Of a DNA stretch of 64,000 nucleotides, positions 13,358 through 27,010 are shown piece by piece. A model generated the notes under the pieces. That model made no database searches. It worked only from the letters and a program-made list of their open reading frames with translations, and was not told where the DNA came from. The stretch's first letter is position 1; the number at the start of each line of letters is the position of its first letter. This stretch comes from Octopus vulgaris (lineage: Eukaryota): NCBI GenBank assembly GCA_951406725.2, contig OX597815.1, positions 18,600,001 to 18,664,000 on the forward strand, in the 5' to 3' direction. A program made the position numbers and the translations under genes.

Positions 13358-13681
13358 GGAGTGGCAGTGTGGTAAGTAGTTTGCTTATCAACCACATGGT
13401 TCCGGGTTCAGTCCCACTACGTGGCACCTTGGACAAGTCTCTTCTACTATAGACTCGGGCCGACCAAAGCCTTGAGAGTGAATTTGGTAGAGAGAAACTG
13501 AAAGAAGCCCGTTGTATATATGTATATAGGCGGAGGAGTGGCTGTGTGGTAAGTAGCTTTCTAACCAACCACATGGTTCCGGGTTCAGTCCCACTGCGTG
13601 GCACCCCGGGCAAGTGTCCTCGGGCCGACCAAAGACCTGTGAGTGGATTTGGTAGACGGAAACTGAAAGCAGCCCGTTGTA

Positions 13682-13760
<79 letters not shown>

Positions 13761-13959
13761 TGTGTGTCTGTGTTTGTCCCCCAACATCGATTTACAACCG
13801 ATGCTGGTGTGTTTACATCCCCGTAAACAGACACCGATAGAATAAGTACTATGTTTACAAAGAGTAAGTCCTGGGGTTGATTAGCTCGACTAAAAGAGGT
13901 GCTCCAGCATGGCCACAGTCAAATGACTGAAACAAGTAAGAGAGTAAAGAGTAAAGAGT
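13358..13959 (+). mobile_element. SINE family B with duplicated 5' half
   Basis: Heads at 13358 and ~13535, followed by the microsatellite and the 3' tail. Confidence 0.85.
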
Positions 13960-14503
13960 ATAAACGCACGTATATACACTCACAGATGTTGGGTGCTTCT
14001 ACATATCTACAAACTACTCGATATATAAAATATGTATAGATATGTGTATTTGTGCACATGGGTTGCATTTCAGTGTACGCGTGTGTATGCACGCATGTGT
14101 GTGTGCGAGTGTGAGTGCGTGTGTGTATGTGTGTGTGCGTGTGTGTGTGTGTGTAATGATTGGTACCAGTGGTCGACCATCATCACCATAGTTCAAGCCT
14201 CCTGCTCACTGGTACAAATAGTGACCCGGGTCCTATTCTGTGTCATTTTAGTCACATATCTCGCAGGTTACACACATAATCTAGGCATTTGTGCTGGAGT
14301 GGGGGTAATACGTATCTCTAAGTTTGAAGAGAATTATATCTCTTTCGGGTTTTGATCATTTCCGGGGTTTAACCACTTCTGGGGTTTTGATCTTGGAAAT
14401 AAAATAACTCTAGGGCACGCGTATTTCGAACAAAGAAAGGGTCTACTGAGTGGCAACATCGTCAAATGTGATATATTTGCAGTTTAAATTAATTAAGGCC
14501 ACT

Positions 14504-14507
<4 letters not shown>

Positions 14508-14552
<45 letters not shown>

Positions 14553-14653
14553 ACTGGTGGTGGTGTTGATGTTGGTGGTGGTGGTGATGATGCTGCTGCT
14601 GCTGATGGTGATGGTGATGCCGCTGCTGATGGTGATGGTGATGGTGGTGGTGG

Positions 14654-14717
<64 letters not shown>

Positions 14718-14815
14718 GGGGATGATGATGATGATGATGATGGTGATGGTGAGGTGGTGGTGGAGGAGGAGGAGGAGGGAATTTTATTGCTGTTCTTGTT
14801 GCTGTTGCTGCTGCA
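14508..14815. repeat. Compound trinucleotide microsatellite (GAT/GGT/GCT/GAG)
   Basis: Direct inspection. Confidence 0.95.
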
Positions 14816-14850
14816 GATTCTGACATTAACAACAAATCCTTGTTTTTTTC

Positions 14851-14904
14851 CCTGTGACGTACAGGCTTTGGCTGTGACGTCAATTTCTTGGTTGCTAAGG
14901 CAGC
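14851..14904. promoter_or_regulatory. Candidate CRE pair plus RFX X-box-like site
   Basis: TGACGTAC at 14855, TGACGTCA at 14875-14882 and GTTGCTAAGGCAGC at 14891-14904. Confidence 0.25.
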
Positions 14905-15240
14905 GGCCATGATTACTGTGTTTGTTTGTAGCTATAGCTGCTGAGACAGACTTACTTCACGGTTTTGTTTTTCTTTTATTGTTCCCACCAACTTTTCTTT
15001 CCTCCTTTTCCGGTCATTTAAAATTGTTGTTTTATTGCCTGTTAATCCAAGTCTCTTAATTTATTTAGAGATGATAACCAATTTATTTTTTCTCCCAAAA
15101 GTATTTATTCAAAAAGACCTCAGCCCTATACGGGTTTAGGACAAAGTAAAAACCACACACCCCTTCACCTGGTTGCTCCTTAGGCTACACAATTAACAAT
15201 AAACAATTGGTCTCTCATATAGCAATAATGGCCACAATTT

Positions 15241-15250
15241 GCTGCTGCTG

Positions 15251-15295
<45 letters not shown>

Positions 15296-15360
15296 ATACA
15301 ACTACTACTACAACAACAACAACAACTACTACTACTACTAATAATAATAATAATAATAAT
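15241..15360. repeat. (GCT)(ACT)(ACA)(AAT) compound microsatellite, forming the tail of the adjacent LINE
   Basis: Direct inspection. Confidence 0.9.
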
Positions 15361-17150
15361 CTTTTCTTCATTAACCACTGAGAGTTCATATAAAAGATTG
15401 GGGAAAGTATAGAACAATATAATAGTAATGGAGTGGGATTGAAACATGTAAATAAAGAAGTCTCCCCTAAAGAGGGACACTTCTAAGAGCTGCTCCTGGA
15501 AACCTTGCAAAAACCACGATCATCCTCACGCCTAGGACAAGTGCCCTCTCCTCGATGTAGAGGCGCATGGTTAGAGTAGGCCGTTCACTCGGGCCCTTTG
15601 CGCTACATTCGTCACCTTTTAACAAAATTGTTGGGAGGCAGAACATCTCTCTCTAACCTCACTTTACTTTTTAAGCTTTCAAACTTGGCCAAAGAGGAGC
15701 TGGTCCACCACACATCGTCTTTCGCTAAGGCCAACAAATAAACTTGCCTGCCCTTCCTGGCCAAAGAAGGCAACGGGACGATCTTGGTGATGGCCTAAGT
15801 TGATAGCCAGAACCGTCTTACACGTTTAAACAGGATTAAAGCTATTTTCACAGCCGAGCTGAGGTAAATATATCTAGAAAACAGTGACCCCCACATGCTC
15901 ACCGTCAAAGAATCGTTGAAGATGTAACCATAACATATGCTTTTAACACTATTCCCAGTCCACTGCGTAACGGGTGTTGACAGCAGATAGAGAGTTTACC
16001 CAGCTGAATGTATCCCTTCTACAAAAGTGAAAGACGAGATTCTCCAGTCTGTTCAGAAGGGAATCGTGCCAACGGTGATAGATTATGGAGGCAATTATAT
16101 GCGTTCGGCACCTCAGCAGACTTATTAAGTATTATGTTTCTTTCAGCCAATTTCTGTGTGAGACCCGCCACCCTGCTCATCGCCGCGTCCAAGTTATTTT
16201 CCACATGGAGAACTGGGGCGTCAAGAATTTTAAATTGTACATCCCTCCAGCGTCACAAGACGCATTTCGATGTCATTGGCCTACTGTTCCAAGTGTCTTA
16301 TTGCAAACTCACCAACTTTTTCTAGTTATCTTTGCTCTCCTTACCATTCTTTATACATTAAAAGCGGTGCCACTCGCCTCTACGTGCTTGGTATTTGACA
16401 GTGTTACGATTATGCCAACACAGATATCCCGCCTTCTAGTTCGCGTTGGATGCTCTCAACCTATTAGTGGATCTAGAATCAGCACATACAAAAGATATCA
16501 GGGAGACAATCTAGACGGAATGTGTGCATAACATGGCGTGATTCTGATATATGGTTGTTTACTCTGACTACCAAATAGACGTTGCTGTACATTACAGCGA
16601 TGTAGGTTCTGAGGATGAGACCGAAGCGGCTGCTGTAACGAGAGCTGATAAGTATTGATGGTCGATACATTGGAAGGAATCTTTTATTGATGTTTGTTGA
16701 TCAGGCCTCTGTAAGTACTTGTTTCTTTAATGCATCGCATGAGGTGGAGTTTATCGTGGATAGATCTTTTCGAGATGATGTATCTGCGCAACATCGACCA
16801 GACCAACGACTACCAACAACAACTATTTCACAAACATCTCAGTCAAAATTTTGAACTCTGCGTTCAGCAGGGTTATGGGACAAAAATTATCAATAACCCT
16901 AACCAAGAATCGAACTTCAAACATAATTTAGCAGTTTTACCGCTCCTCGGCTTAGAAAATAAAATTATCCCGTTCTGCAGTCAGTTACAATTGACATATA
17001 CCAAAAGGTATCCGAATTAAAGTCTGGCGTATTAGCATCAAGCATCCAAACTGGTCGATTTGCCTCTCACTCGCCTTTAGTATTTTTGCATCTGTTATCA
17101 GCCTTTTCTAACAATTACCTCCGTTACCGAGCATCACGTAAGTACTTCCT
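15361..17150 (-). mobile_element. Decayed L1/Tx1-type LINE ORF2 (RT to C-terminus) plus 3' UTR
   Basis: Minus-strand frames give PITLLNAEFKIL, RSIHDKLHLMR, VMYSNVYLVVRVNNHIS, LLYVLILDPL, SRVAGLTQKLAERNI, CCQHPLRSGLG and AKDDVWWT...KVRLERDVLPPNNFVKR in ORF2 order. The element ends in (ATT)n. Confidence 0.8.
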
Positions 17151-17493
17151 CACTTGTGTCTGTGGCTTAAATCTACATCCTCGACTGTCTTTCTCTGTCT
17201 GTCTGTCTGTCTCTCTCTTTCTCTCTCTCACACACACACACACAAATAGATGTTCTAGCATGCAACATATGTAGTTACAAGTATTGCTTTTATGTTGATA
17301 CCATTGTAGTTGTAAGTTATTAAAAACATGGTCGGTTAGTAGTTGTGGTAGTGTTGAGTGCATTAGTTTTCGTGTTCGTGATGATGGTAATTGTGGAGAA
17401 TTGCTGCGTAACTTCAAGTCAGTTCTCGTTGATCAAAGACCTGTACGCGTGTCTGCGTACATGTATGTGTGTATGAGTATCTTTGTACGTATA

Positions 17494-18153
17494 CCTATTT
17501 CTTTACTACCCACAAGGGGCTAAACACAGAGGGGACAAACAAAAAACAGACAAACGGATTAAGTCGATTACATCGACCCCAGTGCGTAACTGGTACTTAA
17601 TTTATCGACCCCGAAAGGATGAATGGCAAAGTCGACCTCGGAGGAATTTGAACTCAGAACGTAACGGCAGACGAAATACCTATTTCTTTACTACCCACAA
17701 GAGGCTAAACACAGAGAGGACAAACAAGGACAGACAAACGGATTAAGTCGATTACATCGACCCCAGTGCGTAAGTGGTACTTAATTTATCGACCCCGAAA
17801 GGATGAATGGCAAAGTCAACCTCGGCGTAATTTGAACGTAACGGCAGACAAAATACGGCTATGAATTTCGCCCGGCGTGCTGACGTTTCTGCCAGCTCGC
17901 CGCCTTCTTTGTACGTATACCTATTTCTTTACTACCCACAAGGGGCTAAACACAGAGGGGACAAACAAGGACATCCAATCGGATTAAGTCGATTACATCA
18001 ACCCCAGTGCATAACTGGTACTTAATTTATCGACCCCGAAAGGATGAATGGCAAAGTCGACCTCGGCGGAATTTGAACTCAGAACGTAACGGCAGACGAA
18101 ATACGGCTACGCATTTCGCCCGGCGTGCTAACGTTTCTGCCAGCTCGTCGCCT
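17494..18153 (-). mobile_element. Tandem SINE family A copies (dimer plus monomer)
   Basis: Three core units. The flank tctttgtacgt(a/g)tacct occurs three times. Confidence 0.85.
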
Positions 18154-19555
18154 TCTTTGTACGTGTACCTGTCGTATGAAGATGGACCATGTTGTCGCCT
18201 TTATGTCGGAGAGGAGGTTCTCGCAAAGCTTAGTAAATATTTCTATTTGTCATTGTTTGAAGATTCAGTCTAGCTGTAGCTAGACGAGTGAAAATTCTGA
18301 AAGACGAAAAAGATACAAAGAAAAGCCCAGAAAACCTAGAAAAAAAAAAACAATGTTTTGGGGGAAAACGAAACATATTATGAGTCAAGGGTGATAGAAA
18401 CACATTGTTGTGGTGTTAATATATTTTTTCTGCTTCTACTCAGCTTTTTTTTTATTCTAAAGGAACGGCGAGGACGTGGATTATCGTAGTAGTAGAGGTA
18501 ACGATAATAAAATAAAGTTGATTATGTAACAACTCAAAAGAAAATTATTCGATGTTGATAGAATTACGCTAAGCAATGGAACATAAAGTGTAACAGCAAT
18601 TGATAAGTCGGGTGATTTTATCTCTGTATGTTCAATGAAAATATCGTTTACATTCTTAATGATTCTACTTTTATCGATTTCATGTCGAGCAAAACATTGT
18701 TCTGTAATATTAATGAGAAATTGTTACGAGGATTTAAAACTCCATTCTTATATTTCGTAGGACATATCGTATTTAATTTAATATTACATCTAATTAAATA
18801 TTTCTATGATAATACTATTTGGGTGCACATTTTGCAATGCGTGATACCCGATAGGCTCTTGGCGACGCTATTGCAGTCAATCGTGGAAGCAGTTCCTTGC
18901 TAGAAGCATTAGATTTGAAATGGTGTTTAAGCATGTGAACAGAGCGAACTACGAAAGGTCGTTGAACGAGCGATATCTCTAAGGAGGCGAGTACGTTTCA
19001 CAGCATATGCAATTGTATATATGCAAATATAACCCACAGGCTATATATGCATACAATCGTATACATATAGGAAGGAATGCAAAGACACACACACATACAC
19101 ACACATAGCAATACATTCCTCTGTATTGTTATGCATGCAATGCATGCATTACAATCCATGCATAACAATGCATTTCTATACAGAGCAATGCATTTATACT
19201 CTTGATATATGCGTGCATGCATGCGACGATGAGTATCTGTGTATGTGCGTGTATGTGCGTGCTTGTGTATTTGCGTGTGCGTTTGTGTGTATTTGTATGT
19301 GTGCGTGCGTGTGGACGTGTGTATTTGTGTGTGTGTGTGTGTGTGTATGCTAGCTTCAGTGCGTGTGTCAGTGCATGTGTGTCATATAGATGGTGCATTA
19401 TACATGTTCAACGAGGATAATTATGTTAAGCGAATATTTGTCTCTCGTTATTTTCTATATCTCCCAAACACACATTTGAGGACGATAATAATAATAATAA
19501 TAATAATTATAATAATAATAATAATGATAATGATAATAATAATAATGATAATAAT

Positions 19556-19746
19556 AACAAAAACACCAGGACTTACAAACACATATAACATACAGAAAAT
19601 TGCACTACTAGGCACTGCACACATCCTACGCAAAACACTTTCAATACAGTAACAATCAGAGCATCACAACAAATCACAACACATACCCAAGTCACACAGA
19701 GCTGCGCTCGGTAGTGAAGCGAATGCACGCAATAAAAATAAAACTA

Positions 19747-19797
<51 letters not shown>
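19556..19797 (+). mobile_element. 3' end of an R4/Dong-like RLE non-LTR retrotransposon inserted in (AAT)n
   Basis: KTPGLTNTYNIQKIALLGTAHILRKTLSIQ* C-terminus, a 3' UTR, and (AAT)n on both sides. Confidence 0.75.
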
Positions 19798-19799
19798 TC

Positions 19800-20225
19800 A
19801 CTGGAATCTTACAGAACTCCAATGCCTGGACAGAAAGACAAGAAAATTACTAACAACTAAGAGCATGCACCTCCCAAAAGCAGACGTTGATCGTCTGTAC
19901 CTACCAAGAAGTAATGGGGAAAGAGGAATGATGCCGGTAGAACTGTGCTATAAGACCTCTACAATAGCAGTAAACAAGTACTTATCTAGTACAGAGGACT
20001 GGATGCTGCGGCTTGTGTGCAAACACGATAGCTGCAAAACATCACATTCTATTGTCAAGGATGCTTGAAAATTCACAACAGAACTTTGCACTAACCTTGA
20101 ATTAGATGAAGAACCTGAAAGCACTGCCATGAGAAAAGCAGAACGGATCAAAGAGACTGCAACGAAGAACGGGCAGAAACAAATCGAGGAGCTGTGGAGC
20201 CAGAAGTCTCTGCATGGACTGTATA
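19800..20225 (+). mobile_element. R4/Dong-like RT thumb-region fragment
   Basis: WNLTELQCLDRKTRKLLT..MHLPKADVDRLYLPRSNGERGM...ELWSQKSLHGLY, with one in-frame stop. Confidence 0.8.
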
Positions 20226-21155
20226 TACTTCGGAGTATAATATTGGCTTATAGAGAAGTAAACCAGTTTATTTCGCACTCGCTGTAAATACCTCGCTTGT
20301 AAATGCTTTCTTGATAATATTGTGAGAAACACTCGAATATCACACGCTCAGACACACATATTCATATGTGTGTGTGTACATCAGTCCGTGTTTGTGTGTG
20401 TATGTGTGTGTACGTGGCCGTGTATTAATAAAATATATCAGCACATGTGTCTTTATAAAAACAAACGGCAGGCGTACAATGCTCTTTCTCAAGCTGGAAA
20501 TAACGAAATATTCAATAGATAGTCATTTGATCTACAGAAACGATTTAGATGTGTTTCATATAATTTCCCTATTGATACGTATTAATGTCTCTTACAGCAT
20601 TTAATAGAAGATAGGCTTGGTTTTTCAAGTTGCTGTATAATACCCCAGAGGGATTCTGTTATACGCTTTTGGTACCACGCAATCCAGTCCGTATCGGATA
20701 AGTCGCTGGAAGTATTATGGACACCGCTTTAACGCTATCGGTTTTCTGAATATTAGAATTAAGAAAAAACAACAACAACAACACGAAACAAAATCAGAAC
20801 TAACGCAAGCAACAAAATACCTTATTTCCTTTAGGTACAATCTCCAGTTAATCTTCAGCACGTATATTATCAGTAGAAATAAAGTAGTGGTTTCTCCTTT
20901 TATCTGAACCACATATAATGTTGACAGTGGAAAGAACAGCATTGTGCTAGCATTGTTATTGAGATTTTCGTAGTAGAAGCTTTAGAGAAAAAAAAATAGA
21001 TTAAGCGAAATATCGTGCAAATATTACACACACGCGAAAACACACCTAAACATATACATTGATATATACATTCATTCGTTTATACATACATACGTACCTG
21101 CCTACCTACCTACATACTACCCACCTACATACATACATACATACATACATACATA

Positions 21156-21390
21156 CCTATTTCTTTACTGCTCACGAGAGGCTAAACACAGAGAGGACAA
21201 ACAAGGACAGACAAGCGGATTAAGTCGATTATATCGACCCCAGAGCGTAACTGGTACTTATTTAATCGACCCCGAATGGATGAAAGGCAAAGTCGACCTC
21301 GGCGGAATTTGAACTCAGAACGTAACGGCGGACAAAATAGCACTTGGTATTCCGCCCGGCGTGCTAACGATTCTACCAGCTCGCCGCCTT
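21156..21390 (-). mobile_element. SINE family A
   Basis: Homology to the 5824 copy; embedded in (CCTA)/(CATA)n. Confidence 0.85.
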
Positions 21391-22351
21391 TACCTACCTA
21401 CCTACCTACCTACCTACCTACCTACATGTCTACCTACATGTCTACCTACCAATCTACATAGATACATGTGTGTGTATGGAGGTATATACACATGTACACT
21501 GACACATACCAAATTACAAGTGTCCACGCACAGAAGGGTCCCATGTATTTAATATAGCTTAAAAATTCCGCGTATGCGCGATTATCAGAGCAACTGCTAA
21601 TCAATAACACCCTCTAAGTCTGATTAAACCTGACAATAAGAAGACAAGGGAGAAAATCCAATATAAATTGAATGAAATTTTGTAAATATAGAATTATATG
21701 TTTTCGCGAGTATAAAAGTGCAAACATAATCTTCCAACGTGTCGTGCATTGTAATGAACACTCCTTATATTGATTTATAGAAACAGTTACCTTCATATAC
21801 AATGCTTTCGTTCTGAGAATGATTGTAGATCCTGATTAATGTACAAATTATTCTTGTTATTTTAATAACTCTGACATACACAAACATCAGCCACTTTGTA
21901 GTAACCGGATTAAATGCTTTATCAATTTTCCTTTTTCAAAACGCACCAACGAAAGCTTTATTTTGTTATATCTGAACACAGTCTCAGTTGTCACAGATTA
22001 AGATAATTGAAAGATTGAAGGGATTAAAGTCTTGTTTCTCTCGCTATAAAACAGCGGCCCTCTTATAGTCGACAATTTAGTCGGTTGTTTGATAAGCTGA
22101 GACACTTGATTATTTTTCTTTATCAAAGCATTATTTCTTTGCGGAACGTCATTCTATTAAGTACAACAGAAGCTACCAATCATTGAATAAAATCAATCGT
22201 ATTATATAGTCTCCAGACTTGAAAATAATGTTGTTCAGTTGCTGAGTGCCGAATGCGGATATTCTGAATCCCAAACCTAACACATTATTTTTCTTTTTAT
22301 ATATATCAAAAGCCTGTCAACACCGGGAGCTCATTATTATTTCCTTTAGAT

Positions 22352-22572
22352 ACTCTTTTGCTCCCTTGCTTGTTTCAGTCATTTGACTGTGGCCATGCTG
22401 GAGCACCGCCTTTAGTCGAGCAAATCAACTCCAGGACTTATTCTTTGTAAGCCTAGTATTTATTCTATCGGTCTCTTTTGCCGAACCGCTAAGTTACGGG
22501 GACGTAAACACACCAGCATCGGTTGTCAAGCGATGTTGGGGGGGAGGGACAAACACAGACGCACAAACATAC

Positions 22573-22633
<61 letters not shown>

Positions 22634-22771
22634 ACGGGCTTCTTTCAGTTCCTGTCTAACAAATCCACTAACAAGGCTTTGGTCGGCCCGGGGCTATAGT
22701 AGAAGACACTTGCCCAAGGTACTACACAGCGGGACTGAACCCGGAACCATGTGGTTGGTAAGCAAGCTACT
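22352..22771 (-). mobile_element. SINE family B (5' truncated)
   Basis: Homology to the 11811 copy. Confidence 0.85.
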
Positions 22772-23637
22772 TTATTTTATCAAATTTGCCATAGAGGCAA
22801 TACAAAGATGTGTAGCTTTGCGGGCTGGACAAGACATTGATGAAGCGAATGATAATAATATAAGATGATAAGGATGGGAGAAGACAGAAAGCGCCCGCCA
22901 ACCCTCTGCTTCCCTATAACATTGTTCTTTAATAAACCATTACATAAGGCAATGAACCTCTTACAAAAATGACAACAATATTAATATAAAATATAAAATG
23001 ACACAAATATTAATATAAAATTTACAATATTTATATAAAATTTATATTAATATAAAATTTACATATTTCGGCACTAAGCCTATTCGTCCCCGAAAGACGG
23101 GGGACATAGCATGTTAATTTCAGATGATTAAAGTTAACAGAAAATATTAATTATTATGACGTCATATTTCGCATAATATATTATTTTCCACAGGCCAAGA
23201 GTTATAATAACTATGCACCAACCACACCCCACAAAGGGGAGGTAAGTATTACTTTGTTACCTGTACTAAAGCATACAAATGCAATGCTCGACATTGAGAT
23301 CTGATGAATCACCTGAATTAATCTTATGGGTCACATCCTCTTATAATGACTGTTATATGCAATGAGTATCTTATACCTCATTTTAAATCCACACACACAC
23401 ATACAAGACTCCACTAGAATGGACGAAAGCGCTAATATATGATATGTGATCTATAAAAACATGCAACATACTAATAAATATATGTAGATATAAAGCCATC
23501 CGGATTTCTGAGTACCTCATTTATTCTAATATATAATACCTGTACTTCATCTCCAAACCTTCTAATATATAAATACACATTACACCTGTATTCATGTACG
23601 TTCATTCGAACTTCTGTGCGTAATATATAGTCATGCA

Positions 23638-23709
<72 letters not shown>

Positions 23710-25737
23710 TGCTTCTGTTTATGTTTGGAATATCTGAAGAATACACACCATCACTATCTATCAATCTGTAATTTTCCCAATACTTCTTGTTTTCTCAGTT
23801 CTCCGAAATACTTGCCAAAATAGTATCCTTGATAAATTTTATTTTTCTAATATCTTTAAAAGTCATGACATGTTGTAAAAACAACATTATTTCTTATTAT
23901 TCTTTTCTCTTCTTGCAGCATCTCTTTATCAGTTTTCAAGTGGAAGTCTGATGTACATTCGAAATGGGCAAGAAGCCAAACAATTATTCAAATATTTGCA
24001 TCAAGTACTTATTCTACTATCTTGGCAAATGAGCACAAGACAGACAGTGTTAATAATTCAACAACTTTCTAATGGCTATTAGTACTGCTTTCCAGATTTA
24101 ATTTTAATTTTAATCTTTAACTGTGTTTTACCTTTCAAATCCTGCTTTAATTTTACTTTACCGATGTAAGTCATCAGAGGCATGCATTAAAGGTATATAA
24201 TAATTTCACATATTTTAGTAACTAATTTTGAAACCAGATATCTTAAACTAAAACGTTGTTCCGTGAATTTGAAATATACGTTGTTTTTTCAGTCCTCATG
24301 TGTTCTATGCAGAAATATTGCATACTAAACTATTTTTATCAACCGATTGAACTCTAGTAGCATAAAAATAAATCATTGCATTGGCAGAATATCAAGACTG
24401 CAGAAATGAAGAGCACTAGTCGATTGTCATAGACGTCATTTTTTAAAAATTAAATTCATATGGATTTCTGATATAGGCACTCCGCCACACTCTTTGGAAC
24501 AGTCGATTACTTAAATCCCAGTACATAAATAATGCACTGTTATTGAACCGTATGAAAGAAAATCAAATTTTAGTCCAGCAGGATTTGTATATTGTGCAAG
24601 ACATTTTCCGACGTTCTATTGATTATGCTAATCCAGTCGAGTATCCTTACAATCAAAATTACTCTCTATAATAGACTACGTCATTTCGTGCCCGATATGA
24701 TATACCAATTGACACTAATACCACTAGTTGCAATTGTATAAACAAGAGTTGCTTAAAATGATCTATCATATCACATTCTATATCAAACAGGAACGTTTTA
24801 TATTGTGGAAGAAAATATAATTAAGAAGTTATTCAAAAATGAACGTATGTCATTCCAAACGATGTAATGTAAAAGTAGACTCACGTATGTTTCAGTTGCG
24901 AAGAAAAACAAAGCAATATGCACAAAAAGAGAAAAAATGAAAATTAAAACTATAGACAAAGTATGGAAAATATCAAAACAGAAAAAAGGTATAGCATTTG
25001 TATTCAAAGAATAGAACCGAAATATCCAAATATAAAAAAATAAATTAACAACATAATAGAAAGACGCACATACTCATAAACAACATTTTTTTTTTCATTC
25101 TTTTAGATTATAACGAAAGAATCTATAATGCTAGTAGCGTTTCTGTGATCTGAAAATATATGTGACAGAAAAAGTACGACAGAAGAAAATCTCACGAGAA
25201 TAATAAAAGAAGAATAAAATAATACGAAGACATTTTTCGACTAAAGCTGGGTGGAGTATTAAGAGATATAAAGAGAAACTTTATTATTACTTGCTTAAAA
25301 TATTTACTTGTACATTCCTTTCTCGCAGAAGAGTCTATGTTCTTGATATAGATCATTTTATAGGTCCAATAAATAATATATTATACATAACCAGAAAATA
25401 AATTACTCTATTATGTTCGACGTCAGCATCTTACTAGAGATAGCGGCGTGGTGAATAAGATTCTTGATTTGTAATATAGTTTTGTGAGAGCATTCTATAC
25501 TCAAAGAAACATACGAACGTAAAAGGATGTTTATTGCAGATGACCAAAGTTAATACTGATCAAAGTGTATTTACTTTGAATCAGTATATGTTTTGTGTGT
25601 GTGTGTGTGTGTGTGTGAAACCTAACATTTTCAAAAGACATTTTCTTTTTGGTATCATATTCTGTCGTCTCATCACACACGTATTATCAGTAAATATCTT
25701 GCCACCCGAAATAAAAGAGAATAATAAAGTAAATACC

Positions 25738-25840
<103 letters not shown>

Positions 25841-26160
25841 GTGTGTGTGTGTATAGATATATAAATGCATATATATCATTACATAAATATCACATTAAAT
25901 GAAGGCAAATATCAGATACGATTTCTTCGGGCGAATTATCTCCAAATACTTTATATGTTGGACAAATAAGTGCAGCGGAAGTAAGTATTCCGCTGTATGA
26001 AATCATCATCATTATAATGATCACCATGATCACCAACGTCATCTACTTTTTGTCATCATCGCCATTAATACGATCATCATCAACATCGTTATTATCAATC
26101 ATATGACTCTGATCATCATTCTTCAATAGTAATCGATATGACAATTAATAATTGAAATAT

Positions 26161-26579
26161 GGTGGCGAGCTGGCAGAATGGTTTGCACCCCGGGAAAAAT
26201 GCTAATCGGTATTTTGTCTGCCGTTACGTTCTGAGTTCAAATTCCACCGAGGTACACTGTGCCTTTCATCCATTCGGGGTCGATAAATTAAGTACCAGTT
26301 ACGCATTGGGGTCGATGTAATCGACTGAATCCGTTTGTCTGTCCTTGTTTGTCCCCTCTTTGTTTAGTCCCTTGTGGGTAGTAAAGAAATAGGTATTTTG
26401 TCTTCTCAGTTCAAATTCCGTCAGGGTCAATTTTTTTTTCATCCTTTACGGGTCGATAACAGAAGTACTAGTTGTCATCCTTTACAGGTCGATAAAATAT
26501 GTACTAGTTAAGCACTAGGGTCGATGTAATCGACTTATCTCTTCCCCCGAAAGGTGGCCCTATGCCAAAATTTGAAAGC
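26161..26579 (+). mobile_element. SINE family A, multimeric
   Basis: Head plus repeated cores. 14-bp TSD aataattg(a/g)aatat. Confidence 0.85.
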
Positions 26580-26795
26580 AATAATTGGAATATTTGTATA
26601 ACGGAAGCATCAGAACGAACGACGGGCAGATCAATTAGTTTCTTGCAACTACATATGTCCCTAAATTCTGTGAGTTCAAATCATGCTATGCTCTTTGCAT
26701 TCTGTTATTCTGGATTTTGTTATAATAAGCACTGAATAATTTCTAGGATCGAATATGTTGTTTGTACTCAGCCCTGTCTTGGAGCCCTTCCTCTT

Positions 26796-27010
26796 AATGT
26801 TATAAGTCTTGTATAGGTCTTAACGTTACAGGTCTTGTATAGGTCTTAACGTTATAGGTCTTGTATAAGTCTTAACGTTATAGGTCTTGTATTGGTCTTG
26901 TATAGGTCTTAACGTTATAGATCTTGTATTGGTCTTGTATAGGTCTTAACGTTATAGATCTTGTATTGGTCTTGTATAGGTCTTAACGTTATATGTCTTG
27001 TATAGGTCTT
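26796..27010. repeat. Minisatellite built from ggtcttgtat / ggtcttaacgttata subunits
   Basis: About 7 units alternating ~25 and ~35 bp. Confidence 0.9.

Noticed and set aside
14443-14910. 155-aa poly-His/Pro ORF (MAAALATKK...)
   Set aside because: The open frame is explained by a trinucleotide microsatellite, and no recognisable domain is present.
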